Assembly: GCA_963791045.1 (NCBI GenBank)
Contig: CAWBQK010000009.1
Coordinates: 32,001-96,000 of the forward strand
Reading direction: 5' to 3'
Origin: Candidatus Latescibacterota bacterium
GTDB lineage: Bacteria; Krumholzibacteriota; Krumholzibacteriia; WVZY01
Length of the DNA: 64,000 nt
Notes under the pieces: model-generated
What the model was told of the DNA's origin: nothing
Seen by the model: only the letters and a program-made list of their open reading frames with translations
Database searches by the model: none
Program-made: the position numbers and the translations under genes
Shown here: piece by piece, positions 1-7,907 of the stretch
Layout: each line of letters opens with the position of its first letter
Numbering within the stretch: the stretch's first letter is position 1

Positions 1-780
1 AGGTTTGTGTAGAGCGGCCAGTAGTTGACCGCTATGTCCATGAAGGACGACAGCGCGCCGATACTCCAGAGATGTACGAGACTGATCAAAAACGGTAGCG
101 CAAACCCGGCGAGCGAGAGCAGGACCAAACCGGACCATTTCCCTTCCGGCGCTGTCGTCACGTTTTTTGATTTCAAGAAGAACGAAAATAAAAACAACGG
201 GGAAGCCCACCGCGGCCTGGGTTTTGACAATTGCCGCCATTCCAAAAAGGAACCCCGTCAAAAACCCTTTGAGGCCCGGGCGCATCAGGGGGCGCGACAT
301 CGCGACGAAGACGGATCCCGCGATTGGCAGCAGGATGAGAAACTCCCGCTGCAAACTGGTCATCGGGCCTTCTCCCATGTACCAGATCCCAAACACAACG
401 GCCCCACACCACGCGACAAGACGGCCAAACCCTTTCATCCAGAACCAGGTAATGGTGAGGATCGCCGACAGGCACAACAGGTCGGCGATTCTGAAACCGA
501 GATCGTTGTACGCCGAGAAGAAACGCCCAAGGAACCCATAGGCGTAATACGCCCCGGGCATATTCATGTCGAAAACATCTTTGTAGGGCACGTAGTTCAG
601 GTGCTCGATCAGATATGTGATGTACAACATGATCGGCGAGTCATGCTGCATTCTCCAGCGAAGCGACATCACCGCCGCCGCCACAAACACAAGCGTGGCG
701 ACACTGAGCACAACCGCGAGCGATCGCTTCCTGATAATTGATGTGGTTGGCGTCGAAGTCACAATCCGTTTCCGTTTCAT
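1..780 (-). CDS. GT-C fold (ArnT/PMT, GT39-like) membrane glycosyltransferase, runs off the window edge
   Basis: Not in the ORF track. Manual translation from ATG at 780: MKRKRIVTSTPTT...MQHDSPIMLY...YVPYKDVFDMNMPG followed by several TM helices. ATGA overlap with the stop of the upstream sulfatase-like gene. Confidence 0.75.
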   Translation of the reverse strand, partial: MKRKRIVTSTPTTSIIRKRSLAVVLSVATLVFVAAAVMSLRWRMQHDSPIMLYITYLIEHLNYVPYKDVFDMNMPGAYYAYGFLGRFFSAYNDLGFRIADLLCLSAILTITWFWMKGFGRLVAWCGAVVFGIWYMGEGPMTSLQREFLILLPIAGSVFVAMSRPLMRPGLKGFLTGFLFGMAAIVKTQAAVGFPVVFIFVLLEIKKRDDSAGREMVRFGPALARRVCATVFDQSRTSLEYRRAVVLHGHSGQLLAALHKP

Positions 781-2327
781 TTTATATAACCGAGACTCTT
801 GAGCTTCTTGAGAAGTTCGGGATCATTAACTTTTTCTTCGAACCCCGGCATCATCCACCCAATCGGAGGCGGCGGCCCGATCGCGTCTTTTCCTTCGTTA
901 TTCATGACCATCTCATCGAGTCGTGAGAGGAGCGCTTCGAGAGCTTGTTTACTGCCCTCATCTTGCGCGATATCTTTCGTCTCACGAGGATCCCGGTCGA
1001 TACGATACAACTCGTAATCATCGTCCGACCCCCAAATCAATTTCATCTTGCCGTCCTGAACCGCGCGCAGGCGCCGCATAAACGGAACCAGCTTTGCCGC
1101 CCGCCGGTTTCTCTCGGCGACATCGAGTTTTAAAAGATCAGGTTTGAACACCGACAACACCTGGCGCGGATAGTAATACTCGGCAAACACGGTGGCGTCC
1201 ACCGACTCCGCCCCTTCGGCAAAGAGATCACGGCCGACCCGCCGGCCCCGTTGCTTGATTCCACACTGCTTGAGAATTGTTGGGAAAAGATCGAGAAGTT
1301 CCGAGCGGTCGCGCCTCACCTCGCCGGCGCGGGAACCGCCGGGGAAACGAACAATCAGAGGGATCTCGAGCAGCGTGTTGTGGACGCTGAAAACATGCCC
1401 CACGAAACCGTGATCGCCGAGGTTCTCCCCATGATCGGAGATGATAACAACCAACGTCTCCTCGATGCGACCGTCCCGTTTGATGATTTCAAACAGTTCG
1501 CCGATCCTCGCGTCGAGGTGGGCCATTTCTCCATCGTACAGACGATTTGCCAGCGCGAGACGCTCCTGGTCAAACGGTTCGATCAGATAATGACCGGAGA
1601 GATCCATGTCCATGACTTCGAGAACCTCGCCCTGTGAGAATTCGTCGCCAACGAACCTGGAACGATATGGCTCGGGCGGCTCGTAGGGCGCATGTGCTTC
1701 GATATAGTTGAGGAAGGCAAAGTACGGCCGTTCGCGATCGCTGGACATGAGGAACCGGCGGAACGCCATGTTGTTTTGCTCGGCAAAACTCTTGTCCTTG
1801 TCGCGTTTGACCTTCAACCGGAACACTTCGTCAAACACGTCGAACCCTCTGACAAGACCGCTCGGACGGTTTACAACGGGATTCGCCGATACGGCGTACG
1901 TTTGATAACCCGCACTTCCAAGAAGCTCGGCGAGCGTGGGGACTTCGGTTGAAAGCTCAAGTGTTTCCTGCGTCGCGCGGTGCCCCACGGGGTAGAGCCC
2001 CGTGAACAGCGACGCGTGGGCGGCGAGCGTCCACCCGGAGTTCGAATAGAAATGTTCGAACCGGACGCCTTGCTTCGCGATGGCATCGATATTCGGCGTC
2101 GTGGGACGGTCGTACCCGTAGCACGACAGCCGATCGGCCCGCACGGTGTCGAGAACGATGAGTACCACGTTGTGTTTGGGCGCAGCGGTGCCGGACTCAC
2201 CCGAACAGCCCAGCAGACCCAACGTCGCGATGATGAGCAGGAAAAGCACAATCGCCGTTTGCGATTGTCTGCGTTTGAACGCGTTTTTGATTATGTTTGA
2301 CGGCATGAGTGTTTTCGCCTGAGTCAC
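777..2327 (-). CDS. Sulfatase-like hydrolase/transferase (alkaline phosphatase superfamily), probable lipoprotein
   Basis: VLIVLDTVRAD, WTLAAHASLFTG, SDHGE, lipobox LLGC, C-terminal LKSLGY. Start may be 2306. Confidence 0.88.
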   Translation of the reverse strand: MTQAKTLMPSNIIKNAFKRRQSQTAIVLFLLIIATLGLLGCSGESGTAAPKHNVVLIVLDTVRADRLSCYGYDRPTTPNIDAIAKQGVRFEHFYSNSGWTLAAHASLFTGLYPVGHRATQETLELSTEVPTLAELLGSAGYQTYAVSANPVVNRPSGLVRGFDVFDEVFRLKVKRDKDKSFAEQNNMAFRRFLMSSDRERPYFAFLNYIEAHAPYEPPEPYRSRFVGDEFSQGEVLEVMDMDLSGHYLIEPFDQERLALANRLYDGEMAHLDARIGELFEIIKRDGRIEETLVVIISDHGENLGDHGFVGHVFSVHNTLLEIPLIVRFPGGSRAGEVRRDRSELLDLFPTILKQCGIKQRGRRVGRDLFAEGAESVDATVFAEYYYPRQVLSVFKPDLLKLDVAERNRRAAKLVPFMRRLRAVQDGKMKLIWGSDDDYELYRIDRDPRETKDIAQDEGSKQALEALLSRLDEMVMNNEGKDAIGPPPPIGWMMPGFEEKVNDPELLKKLKSLGYIK

Positions 2328-2332
2328 ATCGC

Positions 2333-2420
2333 AGGCGTGGGTGGCATCGATGGGGCCCCCAAAACGCGCGAAGCGTTAGCGAGCGAGTGTGGGATAATCG
2401 ATGACAGGACCCGCGCCGGG
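2333..2420. repeat. Dispersed GC-rich intergenic repeat, copy 1
   Basis: AGGCGTGGGTGGCATCGATGGGGCCCCC and CGAAGCG...GACAGGACCCGCGCCGGG recur at 28651-28678 and 28782-28833. Confidence 0.7.
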
Positions 2421-2531
2421 ATGCGCCTCCATTGCAACTTGTTTTCGAAATCCATCGTAGACAAGAATAACCGAATATCCTCTATCGAAAAAGTCCATAT
2501 ATGTCCGGCCGATCCAATCGAGGAGGTTGAT

Positions 2532-3176
2532 ATGACCAGAAACATGATGCGAAATCGTGTGGTGATCCTTGCCGCGTTCACTCTCGTGGTGTCCGCGTTG
2601 GTTTCTTCGTCCGAGGACTGGGAAAAGAGATGGAATGAGCGTCAGCCTCCCGACAAGGTGATGGACGCAGTCGGTATCGAGCCCGGTATGACCGTGGCGG
2701 AGTTCGGCGCGGGCCGCGGACGTTACGCCGTGCAGGTCGCCGCCCGTCTCGGCGCCAGGGGCAAAATGTATGCTGAGGACATCGACGCGGGCGCGCTCGA
2801 ATACCTCGCGTCACGCTGCGAACGTGACAATATCCAGAACGTGGAGACGATCCTTGGTACGGTCACGGACCCAAAGTTCCCCAAAGGGTCGTGTGACTTT
2901 GCCTACTGTATCAACACGTATCACCACATCGAACAACCGGTTCAGCTCCTCCGAAACATGATCCCGGGCCTCAAACCCGATGGACGACTGGTCATCATCG
3001 AGCATTCACCGGAGAAAGCGCTCAAAGAGGGGTTTGAAGGGCACTGCACGCCGACCGATTCGGTGGTCGCGCACGCGACTGCGGCCGGGTACAAACTCGT
3101 GGAGACACACTCGTTTCTCGAACTCGATGAAATCTATGTGTTCGCGGTAGCGGCCAAAGAAAAAGCGGCCGATTGA
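2532..3176 (+). CDS. Class I SAM-dependent methyltransferase with N-terminal signal peptide
   Basis: VAEFGAGRG motif I, YAEDI, NTYHH, LKPDGRLVIIE; GAGGAGG RBS before ATG 2532. Confidence 0.85.
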   Translation: MTRNMMRNRVVILAAFTLVVSALVSSSEDWEKRWNERQPPDKVMDAVGIEPGMTVAEFGAGRGRYAVQVAARLGARGKMYAEDIDAGALEYLASRCERDNIQNVETILGTVTDPKFPKGSCDFAYCINTYHHIEQPVQLLRNMIPGLKPDGRLVIIEHSPEKALKEGFEGHCTPTDSVVAHATAAGYKLVETHSFLELDEIYVFAVAAKEKAAD

Positions 3177-3202
3177 GCGCTTTGCATTGCTCGACCGGCC
3201 GC
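3165..3202. terminator. Hairpin between convergent methyltransferase and msrA genes
   Basis: GCGGCCGATTGAGC...GCTCGACCGGCCGC inverted repeat; no strong U-tract. Confidence 0.4.
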
Positions 3203-3221
3203 GAGTCCGAAATGTCGTGGA

Positions 3222-3869
3222 TTACTTCGCCTGGTCGCCAAAAAGATCTCTGAATTTGACCAGCTTGGGAGCGACAACCGCCTGGCAGTACCCCTGCTCC
3301 GGGTTGCGTTTGAAGTAGTTCTGGTGATACTCCTCCGCCTCGAAAAAAACTTTCAGAGGAACAACTTCGGTAACTATCGGCTGATTCACGAGCTTTTTGG
3401 ATTCGATCTCGGCGATCTTTTTTTCGGCGGCTTCCTTCTGGCTCTCATTGTGGTAGAAAACCACCGACCGGTACTGGCTACCCACATCGGCTCCTTGCCG
3501 GTTGAGCGTGGTCGCATCGTGAATCGAGAAAAACACATTGAGAATTTCGTCAAAACTCACCACGCTCGCGTCGAACTCGATCTGGACGACCTCGGCATGC
3601 CCGGTACCGCCTGAACAAACCTCTTTGTAGGTGGGATTCTTTACCGCGCCGCCGGCGTACCCCGACACGACGGTCTTAACGCCTTTGAGCTCTTCGTATA
3701 CCGCTTCGAGACACCAAAAGCATCCACCGCCGAGTGTCGTCATCTGTGTGTCGCCGTTCTTACCCGCCGCTTTTGCCGAATCGCTCATCAGCTGTCCTTT
3801 CGGGATTCCGGGGCCGTTCAAAACGAAGAAGCCCAGGACGAGAATTGTCATCGATATTGATTTCCACAT
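3222..3869 (-). CDS. msrA: Peptide methionine sulfoxide reductase MsrA with signal-like N-terminus
   Basis: GGCFWC, GYAGG, TGHAEVV, RQGADVGSQYRS, AEEYHQNY; start placed at MWKSISM after GGGAG. Confidence 0.93.
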   Translation of the reverse strand: MWKSISMTILVLGFFVLNGPGIPKGQLMSDSAKAAGKNGDTQMTTLGGGCFWCLEAVYEELKGVKTVVSGYAGGAVKNPTYKEVCSGGTGHAEVVQIEFDASVVSFDEILNVFFSIHDATTLNRQGADVGSQYRSVVFYHNESQKEAAEKKIAEIESKKLVNQPIVTEVVPLKVFFEAEEYHQNYFKRNPEQGYCQAVVAPKLVKFRDLFGDQAK

Positions 3870-4099
3870 TATTGACTCCCTATGATAGACCCGTGCAGAG
3901 TTGATTGGAATATACAAAAGAGACACGGCCGCGGCAAATCCTTCATGTATTAGCGCGTATGTGAACGCCTTCACGTGGATGGTCCAGTAAAATTCCTGAC
4001 CCGCGCTGGGTAAGTGAGCGCAACCGTGACAATTGATGGGCGCCGTGGTAATATTTAACTTCAGAACAAGATCGAAACATTTGTCGAAACCACAATTAC

Positions 4100-5563
4100 A
4101 TGATGTCCTGGATTTCCGCATATAGACGCGTACTAACAGCCGGGGCGGCGCTGTCGTTGATCTGCGCCGTGGGTCTTTCGGTTTTGTCGGCCGGTTGCGG
4201 GCGCGGTGGGACGCCGCCCACGCGCAAACACGTTCTCGTGCTCACGATCGACACACTCCGTCACGATTATCTCTCCTCGGCGGGATATGATCTCCCGACG
4301 ACACCCTTCATTGACTCGCTTCTGTCCGGCGGAGTCGTTTTTGACAATGCCATCACACCCATCCCGCGGACGACACAGGCGCTGGCGAGTATGCTTACAG
4401 GCGCTTATCCGCACACCCACGGTGTGCGAACACTCTTCGATTCACTTTCCGACAACGTAACGACCGTGACGGAACTTGCACGTGGCGCGGGATATAAAAC
4501 GATCGCCGTGGTATCCAACCACATCCTCACGCGCGAACGCGGTCTCGACCGCGGATTCGATGTCTACGATTTTGGGACCGACGCGCGCGACGCCCAGGCG
4601 ACCACCCAGGCGGCGATCACACAGCTGCAAACCGTGAATCGGGACGATAAGCTCTTTGTCTGGGTTCATTACATCGACCCGCACGTGCCGTATTATCCGC
4701 CCCAGGAAATCGTCCACGACTTCGCTCCCAACTACGAGGGACGGTACAAGTGGCATTTCGGAGCAAAAAAAGGCGGGATTGGAAACCATGCCTATCCCAA
4801 AGATCTTCCGAAATCGAAGGCGGTGTTCCAGAATCCGCTTCCCGATTACGTCAACGCGCATATCCGTCGGCTTTACGCCGCCGACATCCGGTTTTCGGAC
4901 GACGCGGTGGCCGGTTTGATAACGTGGCTGCGGCGTGAGCTTGGCGAAGACTGGGTAATTGTGTTTGCGTCCGATCACGGGGAAAGCCTGGGCGAGCACG
5001 ATTATTTCTACGATCACGGCGACTATGTGTACAATGCGACGCTTAGGGTCCCCCTGGGCATCGTCCTCCCCGAAACCGACCCGCTCTTCCGTAAAGGACA
5101 CGTTGAGAGCTGGGTATCGCTTGCCGACATCACGCCGACACTCGCGGAGCTGATGAACCTGGAGTTCAACGGGGCGAATAAACAACTGGAGAGCCGGTCG
5201 CTGGTTCCCTGTCTCAGGGGCGAGTCGCTTCCCTCACAACCGGTGTTTTCGGAATGCGGCAAGGCGTTCTTCCCGGACCTCGTTCACCGCCGGACGGAGT
5301 TCACCGTGGCGGGACGTTTTCGAACGGTCATCGATGGCGACTGGAAACTCATCTGGACGCCGGGACAAGAGGACAGCCTGTCGTTCGAACTCTACAATCT
5401 CACGACGGACCCCGGCGAAACCCACAATATTCATGACCCGGCGCACCCGGAGGCCCGGCGTCTGACCGGGCTGCTCACACAGTGGCTCAAAAACACACCG
5501 CAACGCGACAGCACACCGAGCGACGCGGACATCGAGCGCCTCAAATCCCTCGGTTACATCTAA
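4100..5563 (+). CDS. Sulfatase-like hydrolase/transferase, probable lipoprotein
   Basis: LTIDTLRHD, PRTTQALASMLTG, DPH, SDHGE, lipobox SAGC, LKSLGYI. Confidence 0.88.
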   Translation: MMSWISAYRRVLTAGAALSLICAVGLSVLSAGCGRGGTPPTRKHVLVLTIDTLRHDYLSSAGYDLPTTPFIDSLLSGGVVFDNAITPIPRTTQALASMLTGAYPHTHGVRTLFDSLSDNVTTVTELARGAGYKTIAVVSNHILTRERGLDRGFDVYDFGTDARDAQATTQAAITQLQTVNRDDKLFVWVHYIDPHVPYYPPQEIVHDFAPNYEGRYKWHFGAKKGGIGNHAYPKDLPKSKAVFQNPLPDYVNAHIRRLYAADIRFSDDAVAGLITWLRRELGEDWVIVFASDHGESLGEHDYFYDHGDYVYNATLRVPLGIVLPETDPLFRKGHVESWVSLADITPTLAELMNLEFNGANKQLESRSLVPCLRGESLPSQPVFSECGKAFFPDLVHRRTEFTVAGRFRTVIDGDWKLIWTPGQEDSLSFELYNLTTDPGETHNIHDPAHPEARRLTGLLTQWLKNTPQRDSTPSDADIERLKSLGYI

Positions 5564-5579
5564 TCCGACAGCGGGGTAG

Positions 5580-6998
5580 TTACCACTCGGGGTTTTCCGC
5601 GGTAAGATATTCGTGGATCGATCGTGCCGCTTTGCGTCCGGCGCCCATCGCCATAATAACGGTTGCGGCTCCTGTCATCACGTCGCCACCCGTCCACACA
5701 CGCGGTTTCGAGGTCTTGCCCGTCTCGTCGTCGGCGGCGATATTGCCTTTTCTTCCGATGTCGAGTCCCGGGGTCGTCTGGGCGATCAAGGGGTTCGGGC
5801 TGTTTCCGATCGCGCACACAATCGCGTCGACGGGGACCAGCGTCTCCGAGCCTTCGACGGGCACGGGCCGGCGGCGCCCCGACTCGTCGGGTTCTCCCAG
5901 CTCCATCCTTTTGCACTCCATCTCCTTGACCCAACCGTTTTCGTCACCGATATAACGAAGCGGCAGTGTCAGAAGATCGAATATGACGCCTTCTTCCTCC
6001 GCATTTTCGACTTCTTCGAGTCGCGCGGGAAGTTCGTCCCTCGACCGCCGGTACACTATGTGGGTTTCGGCGCCCAGTCGCAGCGCGGTCCTGGCGCAGT
6101 CCATGGCCACGTTGCCCCCACCGACGACGAACACTTTCTTGTGGTTCTTGATCGGTGTACCGCTACCCGGGAGATAACCCTTCATCAGGTTCATTCGCGT
6201 CAGGTATTCGTTGGCCGAGTACACGCCGTTGAGGTTTTCTCCGGGGATATCCATAAACCACGGAAGCCCGGCGCCCGAACCGACAAAACAGGCGTCGTAT
6301 TCTTCGAGCAGGCTGTCAATCGTTCTCGTCCTGCCGATGATATAGTCCGTCACCATCTCCACGCCGAGTTTCTCGAGATAGTCCACTTCGCGTTTGACGA
6401 TCTTCTTGGGCAATCTGAATTCCGGAATTCCGTAGATCAATACGCCGCCCATTTCGTGGAGCGCTTCAAAAATCGTGACACCGTGACCCTGTTTGATGAG
6501 ATCGCCCGCAACGGTCAACCCCGCGGGGCCTCCACCGATTACCGCAATCTTCTTGCCCGTCGCCGGCGGAATCTCCGGCAGCTTGAGATTTTCCTGTTCG
6601 GCTTCCCAGTCGGCGAGGAACCGTTCGACACGGCCGATGGCAAGCTCGCCGCCCTTTTTTTGCAGTGCGCACACGCCCTCGCACTGGTCTTCCTGTGGGC
6701 ACACCCTTCCACACACGGCTGGAAGCAGGTTTTTGTCTTTGAGTATGCGGACACCTTCGGCGAAATCCCCTTCGGCCACCGCGGCCATCATCCCCGCGAT
6801 ATCGATCTCCACCGGACAGCTGCTAACACACCTCGGCTTCTTGCATACGAGACACCGGGCGGCTTCTTCCATCGCCAATTCCGCTGTGTATCCAAGCGCG
6901 ACTTCATCGAAATTGTGCGCGCGCACATCTTCGGCCTGTTTGGGCATCTCTCTTCTATTGAGATCGATCTTCTTTTTTTCTTTCTTGGGTTCGGCCAC
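5580..6998 (-). CDS. nfnB: NfnB/SudA: GltD-like large subunit of electron-bifurcating transhydrogenase
   Basis: CLVCKKPRCVSSCP, CGRVCPQEDQCE, GGGPAG (FAD), VGGGNVAMD and YRRS (NADPH); adjacent to an nfnA-like gene. Confidence 0.9.
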   Translation of the reverse strand: MAEPKKEKKKIDLNRREMPKQAEDVRAHNFDEVALGYTAELAMEEAARCLVCKKPRCVSSCPVEIDIAGMMAAVAEGDFAEGVRILKDKNLLPAVCGRVCPQEDQCEGVCALQKKGGELAIGRVERFLADWEAEQENLKLPEIPPATGKKIAVIGGGPAGLTVAGDLIKQGHGVTIFEALHEMGGVLIYGIPEFRLPKKIVKREVDYLEKLGVEMVTDYIIGRTRTIDSLLEEYDACFVGSGAGLPWFMDIPGENLNGVYSANEYLTRMNLMKGYLPGSGTPIKNHKKVFVVGGGNVAMDCARTALRLGAETHIVYRRSRDELPARLEEVENAEEEGVIFDLLTLPLRYIGDENGWVKEMECKRMELGEPDESGRRRPVPVEGSETLVPVDAIVCAIGNSPNPLIAQTTPGLDIGRKGNIAADDETGKTSKPRVWTGGDVMTGAATVIMAMGAGRKAARSIHEYLTAENPEW

Positions 6999-7061
6999 TG
7001 TATTAATCCTCTTGCTTGACGAATTGCCTATTACAAAATCTTGATATTTGATTTCCGCCTG

Positions 7062-7907
7062 CTATTGCGACAGGCAGGTCCGCTTCTTACACCCGCTCGT
7101 CTTGATGGATTTGGTTTCTTCGGCGACGTATGACTTCCGCCTCTGAAACAGCTCATCCCAATCCACCTCGTGTCCGTCAAAATCGGGACCATCCACGCAG
7201 GCAAACTTGGTTTCCGATCCAACCGTCACGCGGCAAACGCCGCACATTCCCGTGCCGTCGATCATGATTGGGTTCAAGGCGACAATCGTCTTGATCCCCA
7301 GGGGACGGCTCGCGTCGCAGCCTTTTTTAAGGAGGAGCGTACAGCCGTTTATAATGATCCGGTTGACGGGCACACCAAGCGACTCAATGATTTCGGGAAG
7401 CTGGTCAACGTGCCCCTTGATTCCTTTTGTGCCGTCGCGAGTGATGTAAATAATCTCGTCGGCCACGTCGCGCAGTTTCTCTTCCCAATACATGAGATAG
7501 GAGCTTCTGCTCTCCATCACCACGACGACCTTGTTGTTTTTCTCTTTCAACCCGCGGGCAATCGGATACACACTCCCGATTCCGTAACACCCACACAAAA
7601 GGAGAACCGTCCCAAACTCCTCAATCTCTGACGGCGTCCCCAACGGCCCCGCAAGAGTCGGAATACTATCGCCCTCTCTTAGCTCCGAGAGCTTTCCGGT
7701 TGTGTGTCCCACGTTCTGAACGACGGTGGTTACCGTTCCTTTTTCCGCATCCCAGTCGGAAAGCGACAACGGTATCCTTTCACCCTCCTCGTCCGCACGG
7801 ACAATAATGAACTGTCCGGGCTGAGCGGACTTTGCGACCGCGGGCGCTTCAAATGTCATGCGAAAAGCATTCGGGATGATCATCTCGGACTTGACCAGCT
7901 TAAACAT
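7062..7907 (-). CDS. nfnA: NfnA/SudB: PyrK-like FAD/[2Fe-2S] small subunit
   Basis: PGQF...ERIPLS, GPLG, PIMIDGTGMCGVCRV, FACVDGPDF. Confidence 0.88.
   Translation of the reverse strand: MFKLVKSEMIIPNAFRMTFEAPAVAKSAQPGQFIIVRADEEGERIPLSLSDWDAEKGTVTTVVQNVGHTTGKLSELREGDSIPTLAGPLGTPSEIEEFGTVLLLCGCYGIGSVYPIARGLKEKNNKVVVVMESRSSYLMYWEEKLRDVADEIIYITRDGTKGIKGHVDQLPEIIESLGVPVNRIIINGCTLLLKKGCDASRPLGIKTIVALNPIMIDGTGMCGVCRVTVGSETKFACVDGPDFDGHEVDWDELFQRRKSYVAEETKSIKTSGCKKRTCLSQ

Noticed and set aside
25-741. 238-aa plus-strand ORF
   Set aside because: Antisense shadow of the minus-strand GT-C gene; no recognisable motifs.
5613-7019. Long antisense ORFs (also 19443-21173, 22081-23694, 50656-51654)
   Set aside because: They mirror well-supported genes; expected from GC-rich codon bias.
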